DNA of 64,000 bases from an uncultured bacterium. Its GTDB lineage: Bacteria > Actinomycetota > Acidimicrobiia > Spongiisociales > UBA5794. The stretch spans positions 590,577 through 654,576 of the forward strand of contig CAWDDT010000006.1 in assembly GCA_963801165.1 (NCBI GenBank), written 5' to 3'. How positions within the stretch are numbered: the stretch's first letter is position 1; every line of letters begins with the position of its first letter. A model generated the notes under the pieces. The model was given only the letters and a program-made list of their open reading frames with translations. It did not search any database and was not told where the DNA came from. The position numbers were made by a program, and so were the translations under genes. Positions 19,005 to 29,430 of the stretch are shown here, in pieces.

Positions 19005-19952
19005 TCAATAAACCTCGGGGACGAACGTCTGATCCGACATCGGCGGCCGGACATACCCCCGGTTCTCCTGACGCGGCGGCAGATCGATCGACCGGGGCGT
19101 CCGGTCCTCGTAGGGGATGACGCTCAGCAGATGGCTGATGCAGTTCAGCCGGGCTCGCTTCTTGTCGTCGGCGTTGACCGCATACCAGGGGGCCTGCTTG
19201 ATGTCGGTGTGGGCGAACATGATGTCCTTGGCGCGGGAGTATTCGACCCACCTGCTCCGGGACTCCAGGTCCATCGGGCTGAGCTTCCAACGCTTGCGCG
19301 GATCTTTGATCCGAGCCCGGAAACGACGCTCCTGCTCCTCGTCGCTGACCGAGAACCAATACTTGACAAGGATTATCCCGCTGCGAACCAGCATCCGCTC
19401 GAACTCAGGTGCGGTGCGGAGGAACTCCTGGTACTGCTGTTCGGTGCAGAAACCCATGACGGGCTCGACCAGTGCCCGGTTGTACCAGCTGCGGTCAAAC
19501 AGGACTATCTCGCCGGCGGCGGGGAGATGGGCCACATACCGCTGGAACCACCATTGGGTTTTCTCCCGCTCGGTAGCTGTTCCCAGTGCCGCCACCCGGC
19601 ACACCCTCGGATTGAGCCGTTCGGTTATCCGCTTGATGACGCCGCCCTTCCCGGCTGCGTCCCGACCCTCGAAGATGACCACGACCCGCACGCCCTCGGC
19701 TTTGACCCACTCCTGGAGCTTGACGAGCTCCATCTGCAGCCGGCGAAGCTCCTTGTCAAAGAACTTGCGGTCGAGCTTCGCCGGCGGTGCGCCCTCGTCG
19801 GTGTCGGGGTGCAGAACTGAATCGAGTATCGAGGACTGCGCGTCCTCGGGCTCCGTCAGCGACTGTACCGGCGCCCCGAGGTCGGCCTCGACGAATGGGA
19901 CGTCGGAATCAGCCGGTTCTAGCTCGGTCGTCTCGCTGGTCTGCTCAGTCAC
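19005..19952 (-). CDS. ppk2: Polyphosphate kinase 2
   Basis: FEGRDAAGKGG, FDRSWYNR, WKLSPMD, DDKKRARLN; GTG start after GAGG. Confidence 0.96.
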   Translation of the reverse strand: MTEQTSETTELEPADSDVPFVEADLGAPVQSLTEPEDAQSSILDSVLHPDTDEGAPPAKLDRKFFDKELRRLQMELVKLQEWVKAEGVRVVVIFEGRDAAGKGGVIKRITERLNPRVCRVAALGTATEREKTQWWFQRYVAHLPAAGEIVLFDRSWYNRALVEPVMGFCTEQQYQEFLRTAPEFERMLVRSGIILVKYWFSVSDEEQERRFRARIKDPRKRWKLSPMDLESRSRWVEYSRAKDIMFAHTDIKQAPWYAVNADDKKRARLNCISHLLSVIPYEDRTPRSIDLPPRQENRGYVRPPMSDQTFVPEVY

Positions 19953-20258
19953 GATGACCTCTCTGTTGGGCCAGTTCATCATACCGAACCGGTCCACGCC
20001 TGCGCCGCCGCGCGATTCCTCCGAGTTTCAGTAAACCGTAGCCTTCGTGGTGGTGCTGCCTGGAGCCGTCATCGAGGGGGTGCCACCAGCGGTGGCGACA
20101 AGACAACCGCCGACGAGCAGATCACGACACGGGAAGCGCCACCCGGCGTCCCCGTTCACGAATCGTTCACCGTTCGGTGAACACAGCTCGGGAAGGATCG
20201 TCGCATCGGAGAGGTTGCACCGCGTATCGTAGGCAAAGTCGAACCGAAGGGACATCTC

Positions 20259-20897
20259 ATGTGGCTCAAGAAGACAAACATGCCCACAGCCGATACCGCG
20301 CTGCGCGGCCACGCGGACGCGATGCCCGTGAAGGGTGTCCACTTCGTCAACGGCAACACGATCGTCCCACCGTTCCCGGAGGGCATCGAAGTTGCTTTCT
20401 TCGGGATGGGTTGCTTCTGGGGCGCCGAGCGCATCTTCTGGCAGACACCCGGGGTCTTCTCGACCGCGGTCGGCTATCAAGGAGGCTTCACCCCGAACCC
20501 AACCTACGAGGAGGTCTGCTCGGGACGTACCGGCCACACTGAGGCTGTTCTCGTCGCCTACGATCCCAAGCAGGTCAGCTATGAACAGCTACTGCGTGTG
20601 TTCTGGGAGGGTCACGATCCAACCCAGGGGATGCGCCAGGGGAACGACGTCGGGACTCAGTATCGCTCGACGGTCTATACGGCCAATCCTGCGCAATTCG
20701 CGGCTGCAGTGGCCTCGAAGGACCGCTACCAGGCCGAGCTCCGCGATGCCGGCTATGGGGCCATCACGACGGACATAGAACCGGCCCCGGCCTTTTACCA
20801 CGCCGAGGAATACCATCAGCAGTACCTGGCGAAAAACCCGAACGGATACTGCGGAATCGGCGGTACCGGGGTTTCGTGCCCGATCGGTCTCACCTGA
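20259..20897 (+). CDS. msrA: Peptide methionine-S-sulfoxide reductase
   Basis: [30 protein letters not shown]. Confidence 0.97.
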   Translation: MWLKKTNMPTADTALRGHADAMPVKGVHFVNGNTIVPPFPEGIEVAFFGMGCFWGAERIFWQTPGVFSTAVGYQGGFTPNPTYEEVCSGRTGHTEAVLVAYDPKQVSYEQLLRVFWEGHDPTQGMRQGNDVGTQYRSTVYTANPAQFAAAVASKDRYQAELRDAGYGAITTDIEPAPAFYHAEEYHQQYLAKNPNGYCGIGGTGVSCPIGLT

Positions 20898-20941
20898 TAT
20901 TGCCGCTCAAGGAGGAGCGGCCGCACGCCGACTTACAGGTC

Positions 20942-22054
20942 GTGAACCGTCCAAAACTGCATTCGGTCGAAGCAGGCACGCTCCTGCCGGAGCCGACGTT
21001 GGCGATCCTCGCCGACTCGGTGATGACACACGTCGTCGACGCCACCCAGGCGTACGTGGCCATCCTCGATGATCGGCGCGAGATCGTGTACGCCAACAAG
21101 GCGCTGCTCGGCGCATTCCACGACGACCTCTTCAGAGCACTCGGTTTGCGGCTTGGGGAGCTGTTTGGGTGCAGAAATGCCCACGGTGACCCCGACGGTT
21201 GCGGCACGACGCTCGGCTGCCAGGAGTGCGGGGCAAACCGGGCCATCCGGGCCGTCGGGTCGAAGCCGCAAATCCAGGAGGAATGCCGCATCCTCCGCGA
21301 GGACGGCGAGCCCATCGATCTGCAGGTGACCGTCGCCCCGCTCGCCTTCGGCTCTCAGCAATACACGCTCGTCACCGCCATCGACATCAGCGACCGCAAG
21401 CGCAGAGAGGCGCTGGAGCGCATCTTCTTCCACGACATCATGAACACGGCGTCGGGCGTGCAAGGGCTCTCGACGATGATCCGATCCGTGCCGGCCGGGG
21501 AACGCGACGATCTCCTCGATCTACTCGAGTCGGCCTCGAACCAGCTGATGGGGGAGATCTCGGCACAGCGTGAGCTACTCGCCGCAGAAGCAAGCAAGCT
21601 CGAATCCGTCCCCCAACGCGTCCATTCCCTACAGATGCTGCACACGGTGGCCGGTCTCTACTCCACCCATGACGTGGCAACCGGGAAGATCCTCGTCGTC
21701 GACCCGGCGAGCAGCGACATCGAGTTCTCCGCAGACCCGGCACTCCTCTCCCGGGTGCTGGGCAACCTCACCAAGAATGCCCTCGAGGCGAGCCACCCGG
21801 GCGAGAAGGTGACGCTTGCGAGCAAGCAACTCGGCGACACGATCGCATTCACGGTCCACAACGCTGCCTTCATCCCCCTGCGCAAGCAGACACAGATCTT
21901 CATGCGCAGCTTCACGACCAAGGGGGACGGTCGGGGTCTGGGAACCTACAGCTCGCGTCTCATCACCGAGCGCTATCTGGACGGCGAGCTGGATTTCGAG
22001 AGCACTCCGGACGCCGGAACCACCTTCATCGCCACCTACCCGCTCTCGCACTGA
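20942..22054 (+). CDS. Orphan sensor histidine kinase with Cys-rich PAS-like domain
   Basis: C..GCGTTLGCQECG, FFHDIMN H-box, NLTKNA, FTTKG.GRGLG. Confidence 0.85.
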   Translation: MNRPKLHSVEAGTLLPEPTLAILADSVMTHVVDATQAYVAILDDRREIVYANKALLGAFHDDLFRALGLRLGELFGCRNAHGDPDGCGTTLGCQECGANRAIRAVGSKPQIQEECRILREDGEPIDLQVTVAPLAFGSQQYTLVTAIDISDRKRREALERIFFHDIMNTASGVQGLSTMIRSVPAGERDDLLDLLESASNQLMGEISAQRELLAAEASKLESVPQRVHSLQMLHTVAGLYSTHDVATGKILVVDPASSDIEFSADPALLSRVLGNLTKNALEASHPGEKVTLASKQLGDTIAFTVHNAAFIPLRKQTQIFMRSFTTKGDGRGLGTYSSRLITERYLDGELDFESTPDAGTTFIATYPLSH

Positions 22055-22118
22055 CCGCAGCCTCACCCGCGTCGCCTGATTAGAGTCTCGGGGCCGATAC
22101 ATCAATCCGGAGACGAGG

Positions 22119-23624
22119 ATGAGCGATAAGCCCGAGGCCGACGACAAGGACACCAAGACCGACGAGGCCAAAGAGCTCCCTCCCCCGCCTCACCACGAGG
22201 AGATCTCGACCGAGACAACCCATACGGTCTCGATCGGCAGCGAAGAAGTCGAGTACACGGCCACAGCAGGCAGGCTCGTGCTCACCGAGGAGGAGGGCAA
22301 GAAGAAGGCTTCGTTCTTCTTCGTCTCGTACACCCGAAACGGTGTCTCCGATGTCGCCGCCCGGCCCATTGTGTTTGCCTTCAACGGAGGCCCGGGGTCC
22401 TCATCTGTGTGGCTCCACCTCGGCCTGCTCGGACCACGCCGGGTTCTCATGGATGATGACGGGATGCCCTACCCGCCTCCAGGGCGGCTCGTCGACAACG
22501 AGCACTCGCTTCTCGACGTCGCCGACCTTGTGTTCATCGATCCCGTCGGCACCGGCTTCTCCCGAGCCATCCCCAGCGACGAGGCGAAGAGCTACCACCA
22601 CTTCAAGAAGGACATCGAGGCCGTTGGTGAGTTCATCCGGCTATATCTCACCCGCCACAAGCGGTGGGGGTCACCGAAGTTCCTCGCAGGCGAGTCGTAC
22701 GGGACGACCCGGTCTGCGGGTCTCGCCGGCCATCTCTACCAGCGTCACGGGCTCGTCTTCAACGGTCTCGTGCTGGTCTCGTCGATCCTCAACTTCCAGA
22801 CGGCCGGCTTCGACGGGGCGACCGGAACGTTCCGCCGCGGCAACGATCTCCCCTACATCGTGTTCCTTCCAACGTATGCAGCTACCGCCTGGTACCACGG
22901 CAGGCTGGGAGCGAAGGATCAGAACCGGGACCTGCGCGAGTTCCTTGGCGAGGTCGAGGGATTCGCAGCGACTGAATACGCTCTCGCTCTCTTCCAGGGT
23001 GCCGGCCTCCCCGAGGCCGACTTCAAGAAGATCGCCAGGAAGGTGGCCCGCTACACCGGTCTCTCGGAGACATATGTAGGCCGCTACGACCTGCGCATCG
23101 AGATCCTGCGGTTCTGCAAGGAGCTTCTCCGTGACCAGGGCCGCACCGTCGGACGCATCGACGCGCGGTACACCGGCATCGATCGTTTCGTCGACGGCGA
23201 CGCTTTCGAGTCGGATCCTTCCACCGACGCCACCATGGGGGCATACACCTCGGCGCTCAACGCCTACATGCACGACGAGCTCGAATACGAGAGCGACCTC
23301 CCTTATGAGATTCTGAGCTCACAGGTCTGGCAGAACTGGGATTACGAGGACTTCAAGAATGCATACGTCGATGTGTCCGAGACATTGCGCAACACGATGA
23401 GCCGCAACAAGTTCATGAAAGTGTTCGTCGCCAACGGCTACCTGGACCTGGCGACCCCGTATTTCGCCACCGAGTACACCTTCAACCATCTCGGACTCGA
23501 CCCGAGCCTGCGTGACAACGTGACTATGGAGTACTACGACGCCGGCCACATGATGTACGTCCACATCGACTCGTTGGCCAAGCTCGCCGCCGATCTGCGC
23601 GTGTTTGTGAACAACGCTTCTTGA
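22119..23624 (+). CDS. Serine carboxypeptidase, family S10
   Basis: FNGGPGSSS, DPVGTGFS, GESYG, DLATP, AGHMMY. Confidence 0.93.
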   Translation: MSDKPEADDKDTKTDEAKELPPPPHHEEISTETTHTVSIGSEEVEYTATAGRLVLTEEEGKKKASFFFVSYTRNGVSDVAARPIVFAFNGGPGSSSVWLHLGLLGPRRVLMDDDGMPYPPPGRLVDNEHSLLDVADLVFIDPVGTGFSRAIPSDEAKSYHHFKKDIEAVGEFIRLYLTRHKRWGSPKFLAGESYGTTRSAGLAGHLYQRHGLVFNGLVLVSSILNFQTAGFDGATGTFRRGNDLPYIVFLPTYAATAWYHGRLGAKDQNRDLREFLGEVEGFAATEYALALFQGAGLPEADFKKIARKVARYTGLSETYVGRYDLRIEILRFCKELLRDQGRTVGRIDARYTGIDRFVDGDAFESDPSTDATMGAYTSALNAYMHDELEYESDLPYEILSSQVWQNWDYEDFKNAYVDVSETLRNTMSRNKFMKVFVANGYLDLATPYFATEYTFNHLGLDPSLRDNVTMEYYDAGHMMYVHIDSLAKLAADLRVFVNNAS

Positions 23625-23642
23625 CCTCGGTGGGGTGAGCAG

Positions 23643-23790
23643 GTGCGTGTTCTGCTGTCCGACGGGTCGGGGCTGGCAAGCAGACAGCCTGCGACGTGTC
23701 TTGCGGCAGGCGGCCACACAGTCGGCGTGCTGTCAGCCGCGTCACTGGCGCTGACCCGATTCCCCCGAGCGGTACGGCGCAGAGGTGGTT
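23643..23790 (+). pseudogene. Probable N-terminal remnant of a Rossmann-like/ATP-grasp-type gene
   Basis: MRVLLSDGSGLASRQ..GHTVGVL..LALTRF..VRR, then degenerates. Confidence 0.35.
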
Positions 23791-23940
23791 CGCCGCCGGG
23801 TCGGTTTCTGCGTACGCGCTCACGGCGGACGGTGGCGCCAGATCATCGCCGCCGCCCACAACGAGAACGACCGAGGTCCACCCTGCAATAGCCATCTGCC
23901 GATACGTCAAGAACCGGGGCCAACCCGTCGATACAACACA

Positions 23941-25140
23941 ATGGCCTCTGCCCATCTGCACAATCCAGAAGTCGACCTCATCGTCTCGGCAATCCCGGTC
24001 CCCCTCTTGGTGTCCGACTACACCCCCATCATCGAGCGATTCGGCGGTGTGAGTGGGGAAACGCTCCGAAGCATGCTGCTTGAAGACACGGCGCTCTTCA
24101 CCGAGATGCTGAGCCTGCCGCGCGCCGTAGCCGCTAGCCCGGCATGGATCAGGCTTTACGGGTCACCGCTGACACGCAGTCTCCCGGAGCTAACCGACCG
24201 CCATTTCTCGCCGGCGACATATCCCGAGCTGCACAAGACACTCATGGAGCAGTTCACGGCCCCGTTCCGCGGGATCACGTCGATACGCCGCGAGCACACG
24301 GCTCCGACGCTACTCGGCGATGTCATCGTACGCTCTCATTGGAGCGCCTCGATAGATGCTGGAGGCCCGCGCTGGGACCAGATCGTCATCGTCGATATCG
24401 ATGTCACGGACGTACGGACGGCACAACATGACCTCGAGACCATTCTCGAGACCAAGGACCAGCTCGTTCATTCGAAAGATCAGCTGATCGCAGCGGTTTC
24501 CCACGAGATCCGCACTCCGCTCTCGGCGATCGTCGGATTCGCCGAGCTGCTGAGAGACTCACAGACCCTGTCCCCAGGCGAGCGACATGAGATGATCGAG
24601 CACCTCGTTCAGCAGGGTGCCGACCTCGCCGATATCGTCGACGACCTGCTTGTCTCGGCCAAGACCAACCTCGGACAACTCGAGCTCGCCAAGGTCACCG
24701 TTGACCTCGCTGCCGAAGCCGCTCGGGTCGTCAAGAGCTTGCCCGGCACGGGCCGGGTTGCCGTCTCGCTTCCCGTGCGCAGCGTCAAGGGAATCGCCGA
24801 TCCGGCCCGGACACGCCAGATCATCCGCAACCTGATCACAAACGCGATCCGCTATGGAGGCTCCGAGATCGCTGTGGAAGCATCAGGCGCCAACGGAACG
24901 GCCGCGCTTCGGGTTCGGGACAACGGTGCCGGCGTGCCGATGGGCAAGGTCGAATCGATCTTCAAGGCGTATCAACGAAGCGACGAGCCATCGGGCTCCG
25001 TGCCCGCGTTGGGCCTCGGGCTCCACATCTCACGCACCCTGGCACGCCGTATGGATGGTGAGCTCACCTACCGATACGAGGACGGCGAGTCGGTCTTCGA
25101 GCTGACGCTGCCGCGCGCAGCAACGTCCGACTCGGTGTAG
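23941..25140 (+). CDS. Orphan sensor histidine kinase
   Basis: SHEIRTPL, NLITNA, DNGAG, GLGL. Confidence 0.88.
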   Translation: MASAHLHNPEVDLIVSAIPVPLLVSDYTPIIERFGGVSGETLRSMLLEDTALFTEMLSLPRAVAASPAWIRLYGSPLTRSLPELTDRHFSPATYPELHKTLMEQFTAPFRGITSIRREHTAPTLLGDVIVRSHWSASIDAGGPRWDQIVIVDIDVTDVRTAQHDLETILETKDQLVHSKDQLIAAVSHEIRTPLSAIVGFAELLRDSQTLSPGERHEMIEHLVQQGADLADIVDDLLVSAKTNLGQLELAKVTVDLAAEAARVVKSLPGTGRVAVSLPVRSVKGIADPARTRQIIRNLITNAIRYGGSEIAVEASGANGTAALRVRDNGAGVPMGKVESIFKAYQRSDEPSGSVPALGLGLHISRTLARRMDGELTYRYEDGESVFELTLPRAATSDSV

Positions 25141-25185
25141 CCGAAAGCCCCGTGCGTAGGATCTGCTGCGATCGACTCGTCCCGG

Positions 25186-25683
25186 TTACTCCCCGATCTC
25201 AAATACAAAGGCGCTGAGGAACACGCCGGGCTCCGGGGTCCGATCGAGTGCAGGCTCCCTGCGGAATCCCATTGCCGGATACATCGCTTGTGCGATCCGC
25301 TGGAGTTGAGAGCTGTGGACAACCACCCGCCGCCTACCGGCGCGACGGGCTCGATCCAGACACGCTGCCGTCAACGCCTTCCCCAGCCCGAGACCCTGAA
25401 AACGCGGGTCAACAGCCAGCATCCTGATCCCCGCCGCTTCCGGATCGTCGAACTCCGACATCGATGTGTACGGGCCGGGAACATACGTCGCCACGCCGGC
25501 GATCTCGCCATCCAGCATCGCCAGCAAGATGTCGTTGTCGATAGCCCTCCCGGCCACATCCGCCAGCCGGTCGTAGTAGGCGTGATCATCGGGGAGACCA
25601 CCCAGCTCCCGGTAGGCGCACACCGCGATCGCACCCAGTGCAGGGTATTCCGCGGGATGTGCGACTCGGACTTCTGCGGGCAC
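25186..25683 (-). CDS. GNAT acetyltransferase
   Basis: RMLAVDPRFQGLGLG motif A. Confidence 0.85.
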   Translation of the reverse strand: MPAEVRVAHPAEYPALGAIAVCAYRELGGLPDDHAYYDRLADVAGRAIDNDILLAMLDGEIAGVATYVPGPYTSMSEFDDPEAAGIRMLAVDPRFQGLGLGKALTAACLDRARRAGRRRVVVHSSQLQRIAQAMYPAMGFRREPALDRTPEPGVFLSAFVFEIGE

Positions 25684-25724
25684 GTAGCCTCCAAACGGCG
25701 GGCCAATGTTACGCGGATGAGACG

Positions 25725-26282
25725 TCAGGATGAGAACGCACCGGCCAGATGGTCGATACCGAACTCAAATGCTTGGTCGACATCGCCGCCCATTCGAAAC
25801 GCATCTGCCAACTCCATTGCGACGAATCCGTGCGCCCACGCGGTGATCGTCCGCGCCGCCTCCAGAGAGCGGTCCTGACCGGCGAGCGCGGCCGCAATCG
25901 TCAGTACCGCACGGCTCGCGGCCATCAGATGCACCGGGTCGGCGCGCCACTCCTCGGGTAGCGGAGCGAAAATCAGCCGGTAGGTCCCGGGGTGTTGCTT
26001 GGCGAAGAGACGGAAGGCACTCGCGACGGCTCTGAGATCGTCTTCCGGAGTCGGCGCCCTTCCCCTGCCGTCGAGGGCCGCGGCGAGGTCGTCGACCACG
26101 TCCTCCACTATCAGCTTGACCAGCGCGCCACGCGACGGCACGTGCTTGTAGAGAGACGGCGGACGCACCCCGACCGTGGCCGCGACTCGCTGCATCGTCA
26201 GGGCGTCGAGGCCGCCCGCCTCGACGAGCGCACGACCGGCGGCAACGATGTCTTCACGTGAGGTGCGGGAAGGGGTCGGCAC
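25725..26282 (-). CDS. TetR-family regulator (WHG-type C-terminus)
   Basis: LTMQRVA..GVRPPSLYKH; AWAHGF. Confidence 0.9.
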   Translation of the reverse strand: MPTPSRTSREDIVAAGRALVEAGGLDALTMQRVAATVGVRPPSLYKHVPSRGALVKLIVEDVVDDLAAALDGRGRAPTPEDDLRAVASAFRLFAKQHPGTYRLIFAPLPEEWRADPVHLMAASRAVLTIAAALAGQDRSLEAARTITAWAHGFVAMELADAFRMGGDVDQAFEFGIDHLAGAFSS

Positions 26283-26297
26283 GTCTTTCTCCTCAGC

Positions 26298-26341
26298 GAT
26301 AGCTACTAGTATTAGCTATCATAGCTACTGTTGCTAGCCAT
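26298..26341. promoter_or_regulatory. Tandem TetR operators
   Basis: GATAGCTA-N7-TAGCTATC followed directly by ATAGCTA-N7-TAGCCAT between the divergent tetR and MBL genes. Confidence 0.75.
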
Positions 26342-26361
26342 CAATCGGAAAGGCCTCAGAC

Positions 26362-27078
26362 ATGCAACTCGCCCCCGGACTACACCGCGTCGGATCCGAC
26401 ATGGTCAACGCCTACCTGGTAGAGGACGACCGCGGCATCACCCTCGTAGATGCCGGCATCCCCGGACAATGGCCGGACCTCAGCGCCGAGCTCGCCTCCA
26501 TGGGCCGCAGCCTCGATGACATCAGGGGCGTCGTGCTGACGCACGGAGACACAGATCACATCGGGTATGCCGAGCGGTTGCGGCGCGACCATGGAGTCCC
26601 GATCTACGTTCACCAGGACGATGCCCTACTGGCGCAGGGCCGCGACAAGAAGAATCCGGGGTGGGGTAGGGTCAAGATCGGACCGTTGCTCCGCTTCCTC
26701 TGGTATGCCGGCAGGCGAGGTGGCTTGCGCGTCCCACCCGTCACGGACGTGGAAACGTTCACCGACGGCGCAACGCTCGACCTGCCCGGCAATCCGCAGA
26801 TCATCTCGGTACCGGGTCACAGTCCCGGGAGCGTCGCAGTCCACGTTCCCACGGTCGGCGCCCTCTTTGTAGGTGACGCCATGACTACGCGCCACGTGCT
26901 CACGGGTGTCATCGGACCGCAGCCTGCACCGTTCACCCTGGACCCGGCCCGGGCAATCGAATCGCTCGCCTCGCTGGAAAGCATCGAGGCCGCCTGGGTG
27001 CTCCCCGGGCACGGCCCCGCCTGGACGGGGGGCGTGACCGAAGCGATCCACCTGATCCGCGAGGTCGCCGGGTCATAG
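26362..27078 (+). CDS. MBL-fold metallo-hydrolase
   Basis: THGDTDH, PGHSPG, GDA, LPGHG. Confidence 0.9.
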   Translation: MQLAPGLHRVGSDMVNAYLVEDDRGITLVDAGIPGQWPDLSAELASMGRSLDDIRGVVLTHGDTDHIGYAERLRRDHGVPIYVHQDDALLAQGRDKKNPGWGRVKIGPLLRFLWYAGRRGGLRVPPVTDVETFTDGATLDLPGNPQIISVPGHSPGSVAVHVPTVGALFVGDAMTTRHVLTGVIGPQPAPFTLDPARAIESLASLESIEAAWVLPGHGPAWTGGVTEAIHLIREVAGS

Positions 27079-27089
27079 AAGTCTGGCGG

Positions 27090-27287
27090 CTACCCGAGGA
27101 AGTGCAAGCCCATCCACGCCCACGCGGCGAACACCCCGATCCTCCCCGAGCGGGTGCGCAAGACCCAGCGCAAAACGGTGTCCAGGCGGGGCACGGCGCT
27201 GTCCGGGCGCCGTGCGATGATCTCGATGGTGACGCCCAGCAGCGCTATCACCACGTATCCAGTGAGCGTGAGTGCGTGTGTCGTCAT
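27090..27287 (-). CDS. Small membrane protein (DUF6186-like)
   Basis: MTTHALT..GRIGVFAAWAWMGLHF; ATGA overlap with upstream gene. Confidence 0.7.
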   Translation of the reverse strand: MTTHALTLTGYVVIALLGVTIEIIARRPDSAVPRLDTVLRWVLRTRSGRIGVFAAWAWMGLHFLG

Positions 27288-27916
27288 GAGCGACGGATGA
27301 GACTGCGGCCGGCGGCAGCCCACAGCACGAAACCGACCACACGCCCTGCGTAGGTGGCGAAAACGGGATCGAGCATGTAACTGATCGTTGGCGATTCGTA
27401 CGATGACTCGGCAAGAGTCGGCTGTCCGAGCAACGCAGTGAGCTCCCAAAGCCCGAGCATGAGCAGCGCCGCTCCCCAGATGAACAGACCGCGCCCCGAC
27501 ACGTCGACATCCTCTGCATCGGGTTGGGTGAGCCATGCCCACCCCACCACCAGGATGCCCACCAGCCCGGTCACCGCCGTCAACGGCAGGGTGTGGACAC
27601 CGAATAACGCCGCGAGCAGACAAGCCGCGAGAACCGCCCCCACCCAAACACGGCGTTCCACTGCCGCCTGCAACGGTGCCGGAGACACCAGCGGTGGCGG
27701 CTCGCTCGGCAGCACCGTGCCGGCACCCGCCCCGGCTCGAACCCGGGCCCGACCGACGCGAATACGGTCGGCCAGGATCAGCCCGGCCCCGGCGAACAGG
27801 ATGGCACCACGAGCCGCGGTGCCCCCAGACAGCAACTCAACGACCCCGGCAATCACCAGGATCCAGGCCACCGGATCTCGCAAAACCATCAGCATACGAT
27901 TCATGACCAGCGACAT
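27284..27916 (-). CDS. Membrane protein
   Basis: Several TM segments; LWEL..PTIS..LDP motif. Confidence 0.7.
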   Translation of the reverse strand: MSLVMNRMLMVLRDPVAWILVIAGVVELLSGGTAARGAILFAGAGLILADRIRVGRARVRAGAGAGTVLPSEPPPLVSPAPLQAAVERRVWVGAVLAACLLAALFGVHTLPLTAVTGLVGILVVGWAWLTQPDAEDVDVSGRGLFIWGAALLMLGLWELTALLGQPTLAESSYESPTISYMLDPVFATYAGRVVGFVLWAAAGRSLIRRS

Positions 27917-27976
27917 GGTACGAGCACCGCGCCCGGTTGGTGTCGCCGCTACTCCGGCAACCCGTCCAGAGCGTCG

Positions 27977-29146
27977 CTACGACCTCGACCAGGCGACCCA
28001 GGTTCCGTCGGACACGCGGGTGCGAGTGCCGTCGAGTTTCTGCACCCATACGCCGCTCTCGCCGTCGACGGTGCCGGGAAAGGCAAACGCCGAGCCGTCG
28101 GGCGACCACAGGGAGACACTCTGTGCGTACTGGTCGAAGAACGGCAGGAAGTTGGCGACATAAGACGGTGGCGGTCGGAACGCGGCCACCTCCGCCAGGG
28201 TCGTTCCGTCCCAGACGCTCCAGCTCGCCTCCGTATCCGAAACTACATCGAGAACCAGCAACCGGCTTCCATCCGGCGACCAGAAGAACGCACCGGCCAA
28301 GCCGTCGCTGACGGTGACCACGTCGCCGTCGCCCGGCGTCACCACCACAAGCCGGTTGGGTGACACCGCAGGGAGCGCCTGGTAGACAGCGCTCAACGCA
28401 TCGTCAGTTAGGACCGACTGCACCGCGATGCGGCTACCGTCTGCCGAGGCGGCAAACACTGCAGGGCCGGGCAGCGCGGCAACCGGCTCGACCGCACCGT
28501 CCGCAGAAACGAGCACGAGACGCTGTGACCCCGAGAACATCTCGACGGCCGCTATGCCGCTCTCGGTCCATTGGGGGGCCTGGAACGATCCGGGGACAAC
28601 GCCGAGATCGGACGACTCCTCGAGGTCGTTCAGCTCCAGCCGGTCGAGCGAGATGTGTGTCGCCAGCCGCGAGCCGCCGGGTTCCCAAGAGAAGTAGAGA
28701 GGGGCGCCGGCGTCGATTGAACGCGGATCGTCGAGCTGCGTGCCGTCGAACGAGGTCAAGTCGAGGGATAGCCCGCTAGTTGTATTGCGCAGAAACAGGA
28801 GGTCGTTGTCGATCGACCACGAAAAGTAGAACGAGGTCGACTCGGTGGGAAGCATCGCCGTCGTCGAACCATCGGCGGCCGCCACGTAGAGGGTTGGGGT
28901 TCCCGTTAGGCGCGAATACGCGATGGCCGAGCCGTCGGGAGACCACACGGGTTGGAAGTAGGGCTCGCCGATCGTGGCATCTTCGGTCAAGGTGGTGATC
29001 CTCGATCCGTCGGGAGCGACCGTCGCCACGTTGCCATCGCCATCGACAATCACAAGCATCCCTCCCGCCGCGTCGTTGCCGGGCGAGAGGGTGCAGCCGG
29101 CGAACACCAGCGCAACCAAAACGACGGATAACGCTCGCTTGCTCAT
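27977..29146 (-). CDS. TolB-like beta-propeller lipoprotein
   Basis: Lipobox VFAGC; repeated WSPDGS (PD40) motifs. Confidence 0.82.
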   Translation of the reverse strand: MSKRALSVVLVALVFAGCTLSPGNDAAGGMLVIVDGDGNVATVAPDGSRITTLTEDATIGEPYFQPVWSPDGSAIAYSRLTGTPTLYVAAADGSTTAMLPTESTSFYFSWSIDNDLLFLRNTTSGLSLDLTSFDGTQLDDPRSIDAGAPLYFSWEPGGSRLATHISLDRLELNDLEESSDLGVVPGSFQAPQWTESGIAAVEMFSGSQRLVLVSADGAVEPVAALPGPAVFAASADGSRIAVQSVLTDDALSAVYQALPAVSPNRLVVVTPGDGDVVTVSDGLAGAFFWSPDGSRLLVLDVVSDTEASWSVWDGTTLAEVAAFRPPPSYVANFLPFFDQYAQSVSLWSPDGSAFAFPGTVDGESGVWVQKLDGTRTRVSDGTWVAWSRS

Positions 29147-29315
29147 ACAACTGAGAGTACGGGTCTCGAACGCGATTCGGTTCCCGTTCGGAACTCGGCT
29201 TGTTCTATTTCACACGTTGTTCACGAACACCCGAAGTGGCTGACGACGCGACACGCACAACCCGGCCTGGTTCATCGCCGGCGGGTGCGCCCGCAGGACC
29301 CGCTATCTTCGTCAT

Positions 29316-29426
29316 TGGGCATTGTGAGGGGTGGGCATTGTGAGGGGTGGGCATTGTGAGGGGTGGGCATTGTGAGGGGTGGGCATTGTGAGGGGTGGGC
29401 ATTGTGAGGGGTGGGCATTGCGAGGG
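29316..29426 (+). repeat. 16-bp tandem repeat (TGGGCATTGTGAGGGG) x6 plus one variant copy
   Basis: Read directly; ends 4 nt before ATG 29431. Confidence 0.97.
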
Positions 29427-29430
29427 CCTT

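Noticed and set aside
29316-29426. CRISPR array or coding repeat
   Set aside because: Head-to-tail 16-mers without spacers; the unit is not a multiple of 3 and lies upstream of the likely start.
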